64,000 nucleotides of DNA, from NCBI GenBank assembly GCA_051251855.1, contig JBPOGI010000002.1, positions 384,001 to 448,000 on the forward strand. Reading direction: 5' to 3'. The stretch is from Roseibacillus sp. GTDB taxonomy: Bacteria; Verrucomicrobiota; Verrucomicrobiia; Verrucomicrobiales; Akkermansiaceae. The position numbers were made by a program, and so were the translations under genes. Below are positions 61,511 to 64,000 of the stretch, piece by piece (the stretch's first letter is position 1; every line of letters begins with the position of its first letter). The notes beneath the pieces were generated by a model that searched no databases, was not told the DNA's origin, and saw only the letters and a list, made by a program, of their open reading frames with translations.

Positions 61511-62162
61511 AGGGCAAGGCCCTGATCCAAGATAGCCTAGGGCATCGCCCTAGGTGCGAGTCGAAAAATTAGTAGCAAGGGCCGAAGGTCTGGCCAAGGC
61601 GATGAGCCGGTATTAGTCCCAGACGTATTGTTCATCAAAAGAGATTTTGTGCAGTTCCAGCAAGATACGAAATTCGTCTTGGAAGGTGTTCTTTTGATGG
61701 TGCTCTTTTTGGTTGGCGATGTATTGGGTGGCTTTGTCAATTTGCGAGACTGAAACCGCGAACGCTCCGTAGCCGGATTGCCATGAAAATTGAGCGAGCG
61801 ATGGGTGTTGGTCTTTCATCCATTTGGAGGAGGACTTTTTGAGTTCTTCGACGGTTTGGCTGATGGAGACGGTGCGAGCGAGGTCGAAGAGGAGATGAAT
61901 GTGGTCTTCAACGGAATTGATGATGACAGGGTGACACTTGAGATTGGTAAGGACTTTGCCGAGATAAGAATGGAGGGTAGGGCGGATGTCGTCTGTTAGG
62001 AAAGGAGCGCGGTTTTTGGTGCTGAAGACGAGATGGACGTGAAGACGGGCGAGTGATTGAGGCATGGCTTCGTGGGGATTTGGCCGCCCTTTCAGGGCTC
62101 GGTTTTGGGGAAGGTGGACCTAGGGCGTTGCCCTAGGCTGTCATAGTTTGCCCCTTTGGGGC
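61511..62162 (-). mobile_element. IS200-like element with flanking hairpin arrays
   Basis: tnpA flanked by AGCCTAGGGC-ATC-GCCCTAGG (61534-61554) and CCTAGGGC-GTT-GCCCTAGGCT (62119-62139) plus smaller palindromes. Confidence 0.7.
61613..62065 (-). CDS. tnpA: IS200/IS605-family Y1 (HUH) transposase
   Basis: HLVFSTKNR, EDHIH (HUH), WQSGYGAF, YIANQKEHH (catalytic Tyr). Confidence 0.93.
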   Translation of the reverse strand: MPQSLARLHVHLVFSTKNRAPFLTDDIRPTLHSYLGKVLTNLKCHPVIINSVEDHIHLLFDLARTVSISQTVEELKKSSSKWMKDQHPSLAQFSWQSGYGAFAVSVSQIDKATQYIANQKEHHQKNTFQDEFRILLELHKISFDEQYVWD

Positions 62163-62234
62163 GATAGGATATTGGTCTTGTGAGTTGGGACTCAGGGCTC
62201 TGGATTCTTTTGGGCCCAATCGAATTTCGAGCAC

Positions 62235-62933
62235 TCAATCTTTCTTTGCTTCCTCGATCCCAAACGGGACTTTCCGTTTCACGAGCCAACTCACACCAAT
62301 CAAATCATGAATCCCTCTCAGGGCTCGATCCCAGTTGGTGTATTTGGATTCGCCGGCGAGGCGGTGGCGGTGGTTGACGGGGATTTCGGAGAAGTCGTGT
62401 TCTGCCTGAAGAAGCAATGCAGGGATGTAGCGGTGCATCCCATTGAAGGAGACGAGAGCGTCGATGCACTCGCGCTTCATGGCTTTGAGAGAGCAGCCGG
62501 TGTCGCGGACGCCGTCGTGGAGAAAGCCTCGACGAATCGCGTTGGCAAATTTGGAGGCGTAGCGACGGGAAGCTGTGTCTTGACGATTAGCGCGGTAGCC
62601 GCAGACGAAGTCCTTTCCTGACTTTTCTAGCTCGGCGATGAGCTTGGGGATTTCGGCAGGATCGTTTTGGCCGTCGCCGTCCATAAGGGCGACGAGGGGT
62701 TGGGTAGAGTTGCGCAAGCCGGCATACATGGCGGCGGATTGGCCCTTGTTGACGGGGAGTTGAAGGGCGCGAATTTGCGGCACAAAGGTCTGCATGATTT
62801 CCCATGTCTTGTCTGCGGAGCCGTCGTTGATAGCGATGATTTCGGCCCCGGGGTTGGTGGCGATAATTTCTTCGAGGACGTCTTTGGCGGTTTCTTCCTC
62901 GTTATAGAAGGGAACAATGATGGAGTAGGACAA
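62235..62933 (-). CDS. GT2 polyprenol-phosphate glycosyltransferase (ArnC/DPM1-like)
   Basis: [48 protein letters not shown]. Confidence 0.9.
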   Translation of the reverse strand: MSYSIIVPFYNEEETAKDVLEEIIATNPGAEIIAINDGSADKTWEIMQTFVPQIRALQLPVNKGQSAAMYAGLRNSTQPLVALMDGDGQNDPAEIPKLIAELEKSGKDFVCGYRANRQDTASRRYASKFANAIRRGFLHDGVRDTGCSLKAMKRECIDALVSFNGMHRYIPALLLQAEHDFSEIPVNHRHRLAGESKYTNWDRALRGIHDLIGVSWLVKRKVPFGIEEAKKD

Positions 62934-63064
62934 GGCGGTGGCGCGGTTTGGTTGCCCGAAAGACTAAGGCTCAATCACCTCTGGGGCTAGGGTTTTCCTT
63001 GTCCGTGAGGGGGGGCGAATCTGTTTCTTGCGTGACCTCAAATCGGTGCCACGTTGGCTGAATT

Positions 63065-63661
63065 ATGAAAACTCCTTTAATTTCATTGGTTTCACTCGGT
63101 CTTTTGGTCGCTTCTGGCTGTGCTGAGCAAAAAGCGGTCGATCCGCAGGCGAAGGAAGTGAGCTATGTGGATGAGGCCCAACTTCCCAAAGGCTGGCCAG
63201 CGCCCGGTCCTTACGGTGAGGTGGCGCAGAAAGAATATCCAGTCTATCGAGTGGCGTTCACGGAAAGTGGTGGGCGGACTCGCTCTTTTTGGACTCTTTT
63301 TCAGCATATTCAGTCCAAGGATATTCCGATGACCGCTCCGGTGGAAATGAAGATGGGTGAAAAAGATGGCGAAATGGAAATGACCTCGATGGGATTTCTT
63401 TATCAGGATACCACCGTCGGCGAGGTGGGCGCAGACGGGGAGAGGGTGGAGGTCACCGACGTGCCAGCGATGACGGTCCTATCCTACGCTTGGATGGGAC
63501 CTAACAACGATGAGGCGGTGGAGAAGGCCCGTCTCGCTTTGGATAGCAAAGCGGCTGAGCAAGAGTTGAAGGTGGAGAGCTATCGTCTGTTAGGTTACAA
63601 TGGCCCTAGTGTTCCTAAGGCGAAACGAACCCATGAATTACAGGCGATTTTGAAGAAGTAG
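63065..63661 (+). CDS. SOUL heme-binding family lipoprotein
   Basis: Lipobox ASG-C; FWTLFQHI, IPMTAPV, MGFLY, LGYNGP. Confidence 0.75.
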   Translation: MKTPLISLVSLGLLVASGCAEQKAVDPQAKEVSYVDEAQLPKGWPAPGPYGEVAQKEYPVYRVAFTESGGRTRSFWTLFQHIQSKDIPMTAPVEMKMGEKDGEMEMTSMGFLYQDTTVGEVGADGERVEVTDVPAMTVLSYAWMGPNNDEAVEKARLALDSKAAEQELKVESYRLLGYNGPSVPKAKRTHELQAILKK

Positions 63662-63664
63662 CTT

Positions 63665-64000
63665 CTACTCTTCGGAGCTTTCGATTGATTCAGTTGCTTC
63701 GGACTTCACTGTTATCACTTTGGTTTTGGCAAAGTCATCTCCGAGTCTCAAGCCTGCATTTGGAGCCTTTTCGCGGGTGTGGAGGATGAAAAGCTCGACG
63801 AGCGCGAGAGGGGGAATGGCGGTGAAAACGTTACGAACGATGCCCTTAGTGAAGTCTTTGGTGAGGGGAACTCCATCTTCGGTAACGGCCTGAATTTTCA
63901 TGGCTTTCTTTCCCACGCTTTGCCCGCCTAAGAAGGGGAGACTATCTTTGAAGAGAAGGTAAACAATGCCGAATGCGTTTGGCATGATTCCAAGGAAATC
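63665..64000 (-). CDS. RDD family membrane protein, 5'-truncated by window edge
   Basis: GQSVGKKAMKI, IVRN, RLGDDFAKTKV. Confidence 0.8.
   Translation of the reverse strand, partial: DFLGIMPNAFGIVYLLFKDSLPFLGGQSVGKKAMKIQAVTEDGVPLTKDFTKGIVRNVFTAIPPLALVELFILHTREKAPNAGLRLGDDFAKTKVITVKSEATESIESSEE

Noticed and set aside
1..64000. Genome-wide UGA=Trp/Gly code (table 4/25)
   Set aside because: TGA ends normal genes (2134, 10334, 33774, 42860, 56334) and no other gene shows an internal TGA.
1..64000. CRISPR array, rRNA, prophage or integrase
   Set aside because: No regularly spaced direct repeats, cas, rRNA-like or phage genes were seen.

Overview
Bacterial DNA using genetic code 11, most likely Verrucomicrobiota: five PEP-CTERM proteins, a PVC-type CxxCH heme protein, a sulfatase, DUF1080 and an ECF sigma/Ser-Thr kinase pair. 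The taxonomy is inferred from gene content. 1-17 kb is a surface-glycan locus (WbpE/D/A/B-like diacetamido-uronate pathway, NeuA-HAD fusion plus NeuB, several glycosyltransferases, LpxL-like acyltransferase). 17-30 kb holds tRNA-Ser(GGA), tRNA-Asn(GTT) and mixed metabolic genes. The main finding is at 31-43 kb: three paralogous exported FG-GAP/CRTAC1-ASPIC-UnbV genes lie among PEP-CTERM genes, and each is interrupted at the homologous codon by an in-frame TGA (DL*SVYWR). All three share the 17-nt context TGAAGTGTCTATTGGCG followed by a hairpin resembling a bacterial SECIS. They look like UGA-recoded, candidate selenocysteine genes that ORF callers split in two; two also carry a CxxC redoxin domain and TPRs. 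No sel machinery lies in the window, so Sec is unconfirmed. 44-64 kb contains three copies of a ~250-280 bp MITE/REPIN-like element, an uncalled 48-aa Cys/His-rich lipoprotein beside arsC, a double-DUF481 barrel, an ankyrin-L,D-transpeptidase, an IS200-like tnpA flanked by inverted hairpin arrays, and a GT2/LAB_N/ArnT lipid A modification set. All family calls come from motif recognition by eye; no database search was run.
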